Below are positions 1 to 10,941 of a stretch of DNA of 32,000 nucleotides, piece by piece. The notes under the pieces are model-generated. The model made no database searches. It saw only the letters and a list, made by a program, of their open reading frames with translations, and had not been told where the DNA came from. This DNA is from Wallemia ichthyophaga EXF-994 (taxonomy: Eukaryota; Fungi; Basidiomycota). The DNA is taken from positions 270,001-302,000 of the forward strand of contig NW_008806280.1 in assembly GCF_000400465.1 (NCBI RefSeq), given 5' to 3'. Every line of letters starts with the position of its first letter. Within the stretch, counting starts at the first letter, position 1. The position numbers and the translations under genes are program-made.

Positions 1-999
1 CCGCGAATCAACAAATTAGCGTCAGATGAAAGAAACATGATAATTTCTGTTGCAAGGTTAGATATTATAGAGTCTCAAACGTTTGTCTTACGATCATCAG
101 TGTCAAGGGGCGGCATTTTGCGCAATAGATAATTTAAAGTTGAAATGCGAGAAGCGGGGGACGTTATTAGTATTAGACAGAGGTTTTGTAGGAAGAAATG
201 AAGTGCTGTGGTAGAACTGAGGTAATCTAGCATCGATAAAGCCTGGATTGTTTCATCTTGTTAGCTAATAGAAATCGAACTGAAAGAGGAAAGCACACAT
301 CGTCGAAATGTTCACCGTTCTCCTCTTCAAGGCCAGGTAATAGCGATAACGTCATTGATTTTATGATGGGTCGTAGATGTGAGCGTAGGGGGAAGTAATG
401 CGATTTGTAAAGTTCAAGAACGAGGGGCTATTATTGGCAATGAGAAGGGTATTTCAGGGAAGAGATGCGCTCACTCGAACAGAAATGGCAGCATATTGAA
501 AGAAAGGAAATAAGCTGGTAGACCACATTTGTAAATCACGCTTTAAACCGTCTGTCTATATAGCCAATGAGAAGGAGATAGTGGAAGGAAGACAGCTTAC
601 ACCCATAATAGCAAACAACTTGTCATAAACCTCTAAAGCCTTTTGATGAACACCAGTAGGCAAAGCAGGATTCAAGCATTGAGATAAACGCTTGGATACG
701 ATAAGCTTGTGAGGAATATCGTTGAACTGTGGATAAGACTGGATAGCTTTGAGCAGCTTGGCGAGAAATGCGATGAAATCAGCCCATTCTTGGACGTCAA
801 GGAAGGAGTTTAAGCTGCGATCAACAGCTTGAGAGTATTTCTTGTACGTAGGGTTAGAACTGAGGGAGATATCTGCATCCCTGGGAGCTAAACGTTGATC
901 ATCACCGGAACGAGAACTGGGCAGCCAGCTAGAGAAGGCGGATGAGTTTGTGGGGGTGGTTGGATTGGATAGAGATGGGAATATTTGGTTATCTGACAT
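1..999 (-). CDS. DOP1: Dopey/DOP1 family protein, 5' part (multi-exon, continues beyond the left edge)
   Basis: Exon 1 has the Dopey N-terminal signature (KKYSQAVDRSLNSF..QEWADFIAFLAKL..KRLSQCLNPALPTGVHQKALEVY). After GT-AG introns the frame continues with RDLQMWSTSLFPFFQYA, SLLPGLEEENGEHFD and further open exons to position 1. Confidence 0.93.
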
Positions 1000-1049
1000 A
1001 TAAAAAACTCAAATAATTCTCAGAGATGCTCGTCGTCACCAACAACGAT

Positions 1050-4000
1050 ATGGCCAAAGACAGATCGAATAGATTCAACGCAAAAGGCCGTCAATCTGGT
1101 TTGAATAAATTAAAAGAAGATGAAAAGATTAAGCAGCGTAAAAGAAGTAAAGTTGTGGAGGACCGTGAGAGTACAGATGCGAATACAAACGCCGATTTGA
1201 TTCTTCCAAAGTCCAAGGAGCAGAAAGAACAAGATCAACTAAGAAAACTCGAGCTCAGGAAAGAGGTTTGTGCGTTTGAGAAGCTCGTACCCCTCTCACA
1301 CACAATATCCAGTTGGAATCCCAGCAGGATGGAAAGGTTTCCAGCAAGAAGCGCAAGAGACTTGATGCTTACATTGTGTGTCTCTATACGCGTCATTGGC
1401 CCACGCTTATCATCCTCTCTCAGACTCGTCAACTCAAGAAGGAAGAACGCAAGGAGTTGATTGACAAACTTTCGTGAGTCTTCTGTCAACTACAGCGACG
1501 CGTAATGACTGTTACAGCAAATCACAAACTCCCACTGATGCTTCGTATCTGAAGTCATCCGCTAACCTTGGCTCGAGGCAGCAGCACTCTGCTCAAGATA
1601 AGCTCGATGTCTCAGAGCATATCCAAGTCAAATCTGCACTTAGAAATGCTGGTAGAAGAGTCCAGCATCCTGACACTAATCAAGACTCTGATTCTCTCTC
1701 TGAACACTCGAGTGCCTCGGATGATGATGATGTCAATGTTCCTATCGATAAGCCTCAGCAACCAGCAAGCACGGTATCCGCATCTCAAACGTCTACAAAA
1801 GAGCACATCAGTCCTCCACAGAAACCACCTATAGGAAATGCACTTGGAAGTGCCCTTGGAGCAAGTGGTGTTAAACCAATCGTCAGACCTAGAAAAAAGA
1901 AGGCTAAAACTGTCTCTGTGAGGGTATAATTTTATGCTCTTCCCCGCCGCTTACCAATCAAAGACTTTGACTCGTGGCTGGAAACTGTCAGCAAACTCTG
2001 GAGCAGCTGAACAATCAGAGCATGATTCGCAATCTTCGTTTGACTCTTCAGCTGAGGAATCGCAATCAGATAACGAACATTCTGCCTCGGATGGCGAAAG
2101 CTCAGAAGAGGTCCTTGACAATAACCAAAGTAATCGCGCGATGGCTTTCAAGGAATGGGCACAAAATCAAATGAATAAAGACTCTGAGCCAGCATCTGAA
2201 TTTAATGCCACTCAGATACCCAGAGATTATGTGAAATCAAAAGGTCCAGGTAGAGCATTAGCTGGTAAAGTGGAATTACCTTCCAACTCAATATTCCAAG
2301 ATTCCTCGGACCCTAAAATAAAGCGTACAGTTAAAATTGACAGGAGTCAAGACTTGCAAACTTCGAGAATGCTTTTACCAGTAACTGAACTCGAGCAAGA
2401 GATAGTTGAAACGGTACTGCTCAATCCAATTACAGTTATTTGTGGTGAAACTGGTTCAGGTAAAACAACACAACTTCCGCAGTTCCTTTATGAGCGTGCA
2501 TTTGGATCAAAAGGCAGCTGTAAGTGTTAAATTCATATTTAATAACGCAAACTAATTTTGAGCATCCAGTGAATCCTGGTATGGTCGCAATTACACAGCC
2601 ACGAAGAGTTGCTGCAGTTTCTATGGCAAATCGTGTTGGTTCAGAGTTAGGCATAGGTTCACCAAAAGTTGCATACAAAATACGATACGATGGAAATACG
2701 AGTCCTGAAACTGCTATCAAGTTCATGACAGATGGTGTTTTGCTCCGCGAGCTTGCCAATGACTTTTTGTTGACAAAGTATTCAGTTATCATTGTGGATG
2801 AAGCTCACGAGAGAAGCGTGAACACGGATATTTTAATTGGTGTTTTGTCGAGAGTAGTAGGATTGCGTAATAAGCGTTGGAAGGAGAATTCAGAGAGTAT
2901 GACACCGTTGCGGTTGGTGATCATGTCTGCCACACTTCGAGTTTCTGATTTTACCGAGAACAAGTCACTGTTTCAACAACAGCCACCTGTTGTTAACGTT
3001 GCAGCACGTCAACACCCTGTCACGATACACTTTGCAAGAAGAACCTCCCCTGACTATCTCGAAGAAGCCATGGCTAAGACTATAAAGATTCACAAGAAGC
3101 TTCCTCCTGGTGGTATACTAGTCTTCCTCACGGGTCAAGGCGAGATAGATTCAATGGTCAAGAAGCTTAAACAGAGGTTTGGCAGGAAGCATCAGTCCAA
3201 AGCACAAGTCACGTTGGATAGTTCACGCTTGTCTAAGTCAAATGCTGCAACTGGCGATGTCGAGATCGAGGATGTAGATTTTGGTAAAAGTGATGACCCT
3301 GCATTAGAATTAGATGATTACGACATTGAAGATGAAGAGGAAGACCTTGGAGAAGAATCTGGGTTTGAAGAAGCAAGAGAAGATGAGAGCACCAGTGAGT
3401 ATTTAGTTGTCAAAACACGTCAATCGCAACTTACACGACCAGGTCCAATGCACGTTTTGCCACTCTACTCGCTTTTGCCTTCAGAGAAGCAAATGCAAGT
3501 GTTTGAACCTCCACCAGATGGATCAAGACTAGTTGTGATTGCGACAAATGTTGCAGAAACATCGCTCACGATTCCTGGTATTAGATATGTTGTGGATTCA
3601 GGCAGAGCGAAAGAGCGTTCGTACAACGAGCAGAATGGAATGCAAAGTTTCGATGTTTCGTGGATTTCAAAAGCTTCAGCTGCTCAAAGAGCTGGTAGAG
3701 CTGGACGTACTGGACCTGGACATACATATAGGCTATACTCTTCACCAGTATTCGAAAATCATTTCGAGCAATTTGCTAAACCAGAGATCTTGCGTATGCC
3801 AATTGAAGGAGTGGTACTTCAAATGAAGAGTATGAATTTGGATGTAGTCGATAATTTCCCCTTCCCAACTCCTCCGAATGCAGTTGGTTTGAGTAAGGCG
3901 GAGAAGATGCTTACTAACCTAGGTGCATTGACAAGCACATCGTTGACACAAGCCCAGAGTAGGTTCAAGATAACGGAATTGGGTCGTAGTATGAGTCTTT

Positions 4001-4899
4001 TCCCTGTCACTCCAAGATTTGCCAAGATGCTGGTAACTGGATTCCAGCATGGATGTTTGCCATATATCGTAGCAATAGTTTCAGCACTCTCGGTTGGAGA
4101 TCCATTCCTACACGAAGAGGCATTGAAAGCAGGTCTGAATGATGATGACAGTGAAGATGCGCGTCAGGCAGTTAGAAAGGCCTACTTCAAAACGCAACAG
4201 AAGTTTGCATCTCTAGGCAAAAACACTAGCGATCTGTTTAAAGTGTTATCTGCAGTTGGTGCGTACGAATATGCAGGTGGTGGAGAAGCATTCTGTCGAG
4301 CAAACTTCCTGCGCCCCAAGGCGATGGAAGAGATACGCAAACTGAGAGCGCAAATCAGCTATCTAATTCAAAGCACTTATCCGAGCATAGACGCGAAATT
4401 TATTCCGAAACTCGACCCCCCTTCGCAGACTCAGGTGAAGGTTATACGCCAGTTGATAACGGCGGGGTTTATTGAACAGGTTGCAATACGCAAAGACTTG
4501 GTCGAAGAGAGTGAAAACTCTGGTAAGAAGTTCCAGTCGTGCCGTGGTATTGCATATAAGGCAGTAGGAATTGAGCAGGATGTATACATACACCCATCTT
4601 CAACTATATTTACAGAAGAGCCGCCAGGATATATTACATATACAGAAATAGTGTCAACATCTCAAGCGTATATGAAGGGAATCACATCGATAGACGTGAG
4701 CTGGTTGCACAAGCTGGGCAGGAGTATGTGTAGATTCTCGAAACCAATCGATGTACCAGCGAATGCCAAGCTACAAACAAGCAATACGAAGAAGGATGTG
4801 ATCGTCGAGCCGTTCTTTGGTCCAGGCAGAGGAATTAAGTTGCCTGCAGTAAAGATGGAACAGGTGAAAGATAGTCACGGACGATGGGTGTTGTGTTGA
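1050..4899 (+). CDS. ECM16: DEAH-box RNA helicase DHR1/ECM16 (DHX37 orthologue, SSU processome), about 7 exons
   Basis: Motifs GETGSGKTTQ, TQPRRVAAVSMA, DEAH, SAT, ATNVAETSLTIPG and QRAGRAGRTGPG, plus HA2 and OB-like regions. N-terminus MAKDRSNRFNAKGRQS, with a long acidic N-terminal extension. An upstream in-frame ATG at 1026 is an alternative start. Short GT-AG introns join the track ORFs, including a stop-free 48-nt intron at 3395-3442. Confidence 0.93.
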
Positions 4900-4957
4900 A
4901 GCAAATGTACTATGATAATTTATAACATATAGAGATATTATTATATTGGAATTCGTA

Positions 4958-7354
4958 ATGGACGCGTTGATATCAACGTCGATGACGGAATTTGATTCAG
5001 CCTTCAATGACGCGCAAAATCAAGTGATGCATCTGGTCGACGACTACAAGAGTTTGTCAGACGTGAGTTGGTGATATGCCTTGTCGATAACTCGCTCAAG
5101 TGATTTGATAGTCTTGGGAAGCAGTGACTGGATATTTGGAGCCAGTGTCGTTAGATAGCGCGCGAGCAGGTGTGTAGGACGTATTGTGGTCGCGATAGCT
5201 CACCTGGCTATCGACAGAAAAACCTCTGCACGCTTTCGAGCACATTGCAAATGCGAAACTTGGTCGAGATCTTCTCAAACACTATTACGAGCGGATAGAA
5301 AGCAAATTTGAGATAGTGACGAATGAGATTCAGTTGGGTTTGAGTGGATTTAGTAGTGGCCAGGTGGGTTCTGCACCACAAGCAGCACACAGACTGGTAG
5401 ACTATTATCTCGAGTGGAAGAAGCCGATTGAATACATAGAGTCATGGATACACGACATGGACTTGGATTTCGAAAGCGAGGGTGAGAAGTATACCAAAAT
5501 ATACCACGATCAGCTCTTCTCATCACTTCCGACCAATTTATCAAGCAGTCTACGTCAGCACCTATCAGATATATTCAGCTTGAAGAATGACAGGAATGAC
5601 AAGAATGAAGTAAACAAGAGTATACCGTCGTTGGACATTATTGGAGCACAGTCATTGATTGAGATACTCTCTGCTGAGATTCTTTACAGTGAGATAAGGC
5701 AGGAAGTTGACAATAACAGGGGACAATGGGATACACCTATCCTAGACAACCTACGCAAATGGATAGCATTCGGTGATATATCGACTAGAATGCTCTCGGT
5801 TATACCTACCGAGTCTCAAGAAAGATGGAATGAGACTTGGTTGCAGAGGTTTGACTTTTACGCGTGCGAATACTTTGCAGAAATGAGGTATTACGAGGTC
5901 TTTGTAGGTTGAGGCAGTAATTGACATGGATGTTGCAGGAGTGAAGAGCTGTTCGATATAATCGTCGATTATCCAGACTCGTCGGCGGCTGTGGATGATA
6001 TCAGAGTGAGTTATTTGCTTGGAATAGACGGAGTGGCTCAATCACCATTGCTAGATGTGTTTGGAGCGTGTACAGTACAAATCACAGCTGATAAGAAAGT
6101 TGAAGTCATTGAATGATTTGAGATTATTACACGCAGGTGCATCAACAAACTTAATTCTAACACAATATATATCAACCATCAAATCACTTTTGATCGTTGA
6201 TCCATCGGGCGTGCTGCTTTCGTCAGTCGCAGAGCCGATAAGGAAGTACCTTCGAGAGAGACCAGATACGATACGATCGATAGTTGCAAATTTTGTCGAC
6301 GAAGAGAGTGAATTGGTTGATGATGATATGGATCGCGATGGAGACAATCACCTTATCATGCTAGACAATGACTATGTACCGGATTGGGATGATAGTAATT
6401 GGGAGCCTGAGCCAATTGACGCAGGACCAAACTTTAAGAATGATGGGCGTAAAGATTTGATCTCTACGCTCGTGAGTATATACGACAGCAAGGAGGTATT
6501 TGTGGAAGAGTTGCAAGTCATGCTGGCACAACGATTGATGTCACTGAAAGATTACAATTTGGAGAAAGAGGTGGGTTGGTTGAGTGTGTTAGCTGGTGAT
6601 ATTTACATTAACACCGTCATTCTGTTTAGATACGGAATATCGAAATACTCAAGCTGAAATTTGGAGAGAATACGCTGCATTCTTGCGAAGTGATGCTGAA
6701 GGATGTCGCAGATTCTAAGCGTATAGATCAGAATATCAGATCGCAAATAGAGGTGAGGATTTGCGAGTTTGCAGGAATTTAATCTGACCAAGATAACATC
6801 ACAGACATTAATCCGACCAATAATAGTCTCGCGACAGTTCTGGCCAGAAATTGAGGATTACTCGTTCAAGTTGACAGATAAAATGAAGCAGTACGTTTAG
6901 TTTATTGGAATTAAGATTATTCTAACAAGTTTACAGATTTAGAGAGAGTTATGAAGACGCGTATGCCCTATTGAAGCCAGATAAGCGATTGCATTGGATA
7001 CCGCAGATAGGGAACATATCGATAACGATAGAGTTGGAAGACCGTAGACTGGAATTGGATGTGACGCCATTCCAAGCAGCGACGATAGATTTGTTCGGAA
7101 GTAATGGTGAGTGACGTGACCAATTCTTGGCATTGAGTTGAGTGAGTGGCGTAGGTGGACGAATGACAGCCTCAGACGTGGAGGAAGCGTTGGATGCGCC
7201 GAATGAGGTGATAGTGCAAGAAACGCTTAAATTTTGGGTGAAGAAAGGGGTATTGAAGGAGGAGAAGAGCAAGGATGAGGGGATGTGTAGGTATCGCGTG
7301 ATGGAAGTGTATGAGGCGACGTCACCAAAGACAAAGCCAAGAACTTCATTGTAG
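4958..7354 (+). CDS. APC2: Anaphase-promoting complex subunit 2 (cullin-like), 9 exons, apparently lacking the C-terminal WHB domain
   Basis: Spliced translation gives ELFDIIVDYPDS, RLLHAGAST..ILTQYISTIKSLLIVDPSGVLL, WEPEPIDAGP, DLISTLVSIYDSKEVFVEELQ, EILKLKFGE, CEVMLKDVADSKRID, PDKRLHW and FWVKKGVL. All are APC2 hallmarks. ATG at 4958, stop TAG at 7352-7354. Confidence 0.92.
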
Positions 7355-7406
7355 CTGTGAATTCTTTACATTGAGGCTGTGCCAAGCACCTTCCTGAATT
7401 GGAACA

Positions 7407-7900
7407 ATGATGTCAACTTTAATGAAAATGAATGTAGTGCTGGTGGGATTGAGCCTGATTAACGTGGCAAGTGCTAGAAATTGTTATTACGTTAGAGGTC
7501 GGTAAGTTGCATACACAGCCACACAACAAATAAGCTAAATAGCGCAGTTATCGTTGCTCTGGGTTGAGCAGAGGAGGGAGAATTGGGATTGGAGTCGCCG
7601 TCGCAGTCGCAGTCGTTGTACTGATAGGGCTGATATCATTGCTATTCTTCTGCAGGCGTAGAAAGAGGCTCAATCAGCAGGGACATGTTTACGAGCAGCA
7701 GATGTATGCGCCAAATCAGCAGAATTATCCAGTCCCACAGATGCCATACAATCAAGGCGGGTATGGATATAATCCGCCACCAGGGCCACCACCGGGAATG
7801 GACGATCACCAGCCACCGCCGTGAGTAGAGGACTAAGTGGATGTACAATTAACTAAATAATGGCTGCAGATACCCGCCACCAACACACAAAGAAGTTTAA
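7407..7900 (+). CDS. RCR-like (chitin synthesis regulation / Congo red resistance family) single-pass membrane protein with a PPxY tail; 3 exons (7407-7501, 7548-7820, 7870-7900)
   Basis: Signal peptide MMSTLMKMNVVLVGLSLINVASA, then NCYYVRGRYRCSGLSRGGRIGIG, a TM helix, basic RRRKR and a Pro/Tyr/Gln-rich tail. Introns GTAAGT..GCTAAAT..CAG (46 nt) and GTGAGT..ACTAAAT..CAG (49 nt) keep the frame and give the ending HQPPPYPPPTHKEV*. Confidence 0.8.
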
Positions 7901-8004
7901 ATAATTTTAATTTATATTTTAACCCATGTTGGAATGTGATTTACATATTTGGTAAACAACGTCATTCCATCTCGGCTTAAATTCCAACAGCCAGGACAAA
8001 GGGA

Positions 8005-8505
8005 ATGGCTGCGATTGCTAGGAGAAGGATAGAGAGGCGGGATGCGAAGAAAACAGCGCCGATAGTGATTATCATATTACTCATCGTAATCGTCGTTGTG
8101 GCGTGGTTAGTCGGGGTCGAGAGGAAGAGAAGGCGGAAGAAGAGAGAATATGAAGCGTTCGTTAAGAGCCTTCCAGTGCTAGAGCAGCCCAATGTCGCAA
8201 CTGGGATTGACGTCGGTAACACACACGGCCAATCCCCTTTAGATTTTATCAACGAAAGGTACTTTGGCAGGGATAATCACTTTTCTTCTGCTCAGAGGCA
8301 TTTTGACGACTTTGACGATGAAATTAGTCCTGGGGATGCTGTACAAGGGTCTACACAATCACCACCAGTACATCCACCACCTGCTCACACCAATCAACCA
8401 CCAACGCCTACAAACGAACAAGCAGCTGCAGCAGTTCCGCCACCACCTTCTTATACGGATTCTAATAACAATCTAAACATCCCACCACCTTCATATAATC
8501 GATAG
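8005..8505 (+). CDS. Hypothetical single-pass membrane protein with two PPxY motifs
   Basis: 166-aa ORF. TM helix IVIIILLIVIVVVAWLVGV is flanked by basic clusters (RRRIERR; ERKRRRKKR). The Pro-rich tail contains PPPPSY and PPPSY. The ORF fills an otherwise empty gap. Confidence 0.75.
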   Translation: MAAIARRRIERRDAKKTAPIVIIILLIVIVVVAWLVGVERKRRRKKREYEAFVKSLPVLEQPNVATGIDVGNTHGQSPLDFINERYFGRDNHFSSAQRHFDDFDDEISPGDAVQGSTQSPPVHPPPAHTNQPPTPTNEQAAAAVPPPPSYTDSNNNLNIPPPSYNR

Positions 8506-8558
8506 CCCAGCTACAGCGTTACGCCGATAAATTATATTAATCTTACATTTAATACAAT

Positions 8559-9025
8559 TCATGCTTTCTCAATCTCTTGGATATAATTGATAGATTCATC
8601 ACTCTGATTGGCTTTGAGGATTTCTAACAAAGCTTCAACGTACTTGTTGGCTGCTTCTTCCTTGGACATGCCCTCAACAGACTTGTAAGCATCCCACTTT
8701 GCACGTCCAGTGAAGTCCATTAAACCTGGGCGACTTGTCTTTACGTCGCCTTCATTTGCTGTGTTGTGTTGTGAGTATTTAGCGTACGCTTGGTTGTTCA
8801 CGAACCCTGCTTAAAAAGCGCGTAAAACTGTATAAATTTAAAATCAAATGGAATATACGTTAAGTGGATTCAACACTCACTCTCAACTTCTGATCTGTTG
8901 TTGTTTGTACAGGTCCCTCCTTTGGAAGTGAATTTACGATTGAGACAGCCTGTGTTTTTATGTAAGCTAGGATTGGATAAATACAGTCTACAATTTTAAT
9001 CCACCTTCTCGAATTTTGTAGTCAT
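8559..9025 (-). CDS. ACB1: Acyl-CoA-binding protein; 4 exons (9025-9005, 8949-8881, 8827-8806, 8758-8559)
   Basis: Spliced translation MTTKFEKAVSIVNSLPKEGPVQTTTDQKLRFYALFKQANEGDVKTSRPGLMDFTGRAKWDAYKSVEGMSKEEAANKYV has the ACBP motifs (FY.LFKQA..GD, K W.A). Confidence 0.93.
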
Positions 9026-9087
9026 GATTGTTCTCGCTGAGAAACTGCTTGCGCTGCTAACGTCATCAACACACACGCCTATTTAAA

Positions 9088-10874
9088 ATGGCCTGTCTAC
9101 CTGCGATTCCCCTGCTAGGCATAGCTAGCCCTATTATTTCTAGCTGCATTGGTGCTTTAGCTTTTTGCTGCACTTCCACTGCACTCTCCGCTATGTTCAA
9201 GTGCGTGCAACCAATCAACATCTTAGCGCTGTTCAATTAAACTACATTCAGATCTTGCAACTGCAACTCCTCCGTAGCTACCAGAGTTGGCTACAGCGTG
9301 CGTTACTCGCTCCCAATCCCTCTCACTCCCTCACACCTCCGCACAGATCATTTTCACTATAAACTCTTTACTCGCGTGGCTGATGCGAACTCGATGGGCT
9401 ATACACGCCCTAGAGAAACTCACTTACGACTACCTCAAAATGGACTGCCCTTCCGGTAAATGCTACGGCGTCTTAGCCGTACATAGATTCTCTTTCGCCT
9501 TATCTCTCTTTCACGCCATTCTAGCTTTATCCTTAATTGGCGTAAAGGATACGCGTACTAATAGAGCTTCGATACAAAATGGGTGCGTTTTCTTTCCTCT
9601 TGATTTGGCTAATCTGACTTATTCCGTGTTTGTTTAGTTGGTGGGGTCCAAAGTATGTTATCCGCTTTAATACAAACTACAAACCTAACTCTCGTTTCTA
9701 TAGATTCCTCCTCTGGATTTCCCTCATCTTTGTCTCATTTGCAATCCCCAACGAATTTTTCATTTTCTGGTCAAACTATATCTCCTTGATTGGCGGCTCT
9801 ATCTTTATCCTGGTTGGATTAGTGCTGCTCGTCGACTTTGCTCACACCTGGTCTGAAACTTGTCTCGACAGGTGGGAGGCTTCACAGTCCAACACATGGA
9901 AGTACATTCTCCTAGCTTCCACTTTAGGTATGTACATTGCCTCAATCACTTTCACAGTCCTGCTTTTAGTTTTCTTTACTGGATCGAAATGCGTACTAAA
10001 CAATGTGTTCCTTTCAATCCACTCTGTCTTAGTCGTTGCTATAACCGTCCTCTGCATTTCGCCATCAGTCCAAGACGCCAACCCCAAGTCTGGCCTAGCA
10101 CAGGCTTCAATGGTAGCTGCATACTGTACATACTTGACAGCATCTGCAATCATCAATAAGGATGATGAAAATGGGGAGTGTAACGCAATCTCAGGTGGTT
10201 ACCTAGCTTCACACACTTCAACGATTGTTCTCGGTGCGCTATTCACCCTCCTGGCAATTGCATACTCGACAACACGTGCTGCAACCCAATCTAAAGCTCT
10301 CGTTGGCAAGAATAAAAGCAAGATTGAAATATCAGGTGGTGAATTCCATGCATTGGAAAATGACACAAATGACGCAAATGAGAATGTAATTTCAAATCAA
10401 CCCAAGAGCTCCGACAACATTCGCACGCAAGCTCTTCTGGCAGCTGTTGAAGCTGGTTCATTACCTGCATCTGCATTGCAAGATGCTCAAGATGAAGCTG
10501 AAAATGAAAATGAAAATGATCACGATGAGGACGTTATCAATAGTGAAGCTAACGACGATGAAAAGTCAGGCACTAAATATAATTATAGCTGGTTCCACAT
10601 CGTCTTCATTCTCGCTTCTATGTATGTCGCTATGCTGTTGACTGATTGGAATAAAATTCAATCTGGTTCTGATAACGAAAATGGCGATCAGCTTGTTAGG
10701 ATTGGTCGATCACCTGCTGCAATGTGGGTCAGAATGATAAGCGCTTGGTTGTGCTACTTTATCTACATATGGAGTAGGTTTAATTGTCTCATACTTCTGA
10801 CTGTCACTTCTAACATGCACACAGCACTTGTTGCGCCAGTCTTCTTCCCAGATAGATTTGAAGGACTTCATTAA
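9088..10874 (+). CDS. TMS1: Serinc/TDE family multi-pass membrane protein; 6 exons (9088-9200, 9252-9297, 9347-9582, 9638-9652, 9704-10773, 10825-10874)
   Basis: CNCNSSVATRVGYS, CYGVLAVHRFSFAL, RASIQNGWWGPK, VLLVDFAHTWSE, SGLAQASMVAAYCTYLTASA, YNYSWFHIVF and LVAPVFFPDRF are Serinc motifs. Confidence 0.93.
10500..10517 (+). repeat. (GAAAAT)x3 coding micro-repeat (ENENEN) in the TMS1 acidic loop
   Basis: Read directly from the sequence: GAAAATGAAAATGAAAAT. Confidence 0.6.
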
Positions 10875-10941
10875 TTACAATATCACAATTATCGCTGTAA
10901 ATTAGTATATCATTTATGTTTCTTCTTTCTCATTCGCAATC

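Noticed and set aside
7291-7410. Rescue of the APC2 C-terminus by readthrough or by an intron from GTATGA (7309) to TAG (7354)
   Set aside because: TAG is followed by CTG TGA. All three frames after 7354 stop within about 15 codons and none resembles WHB. There is no branch site.
3395-10824. Apparent odd insertions in DHR1 (EYLVVKTRQSQLTRP) and TMS1 (RFNCLILLTVTSNMHT)
   Set aside because: These are stop-free in-frame introns (48 and 51 nt) read through by the ORF track. A few such introns among about 50 is not unexpected.
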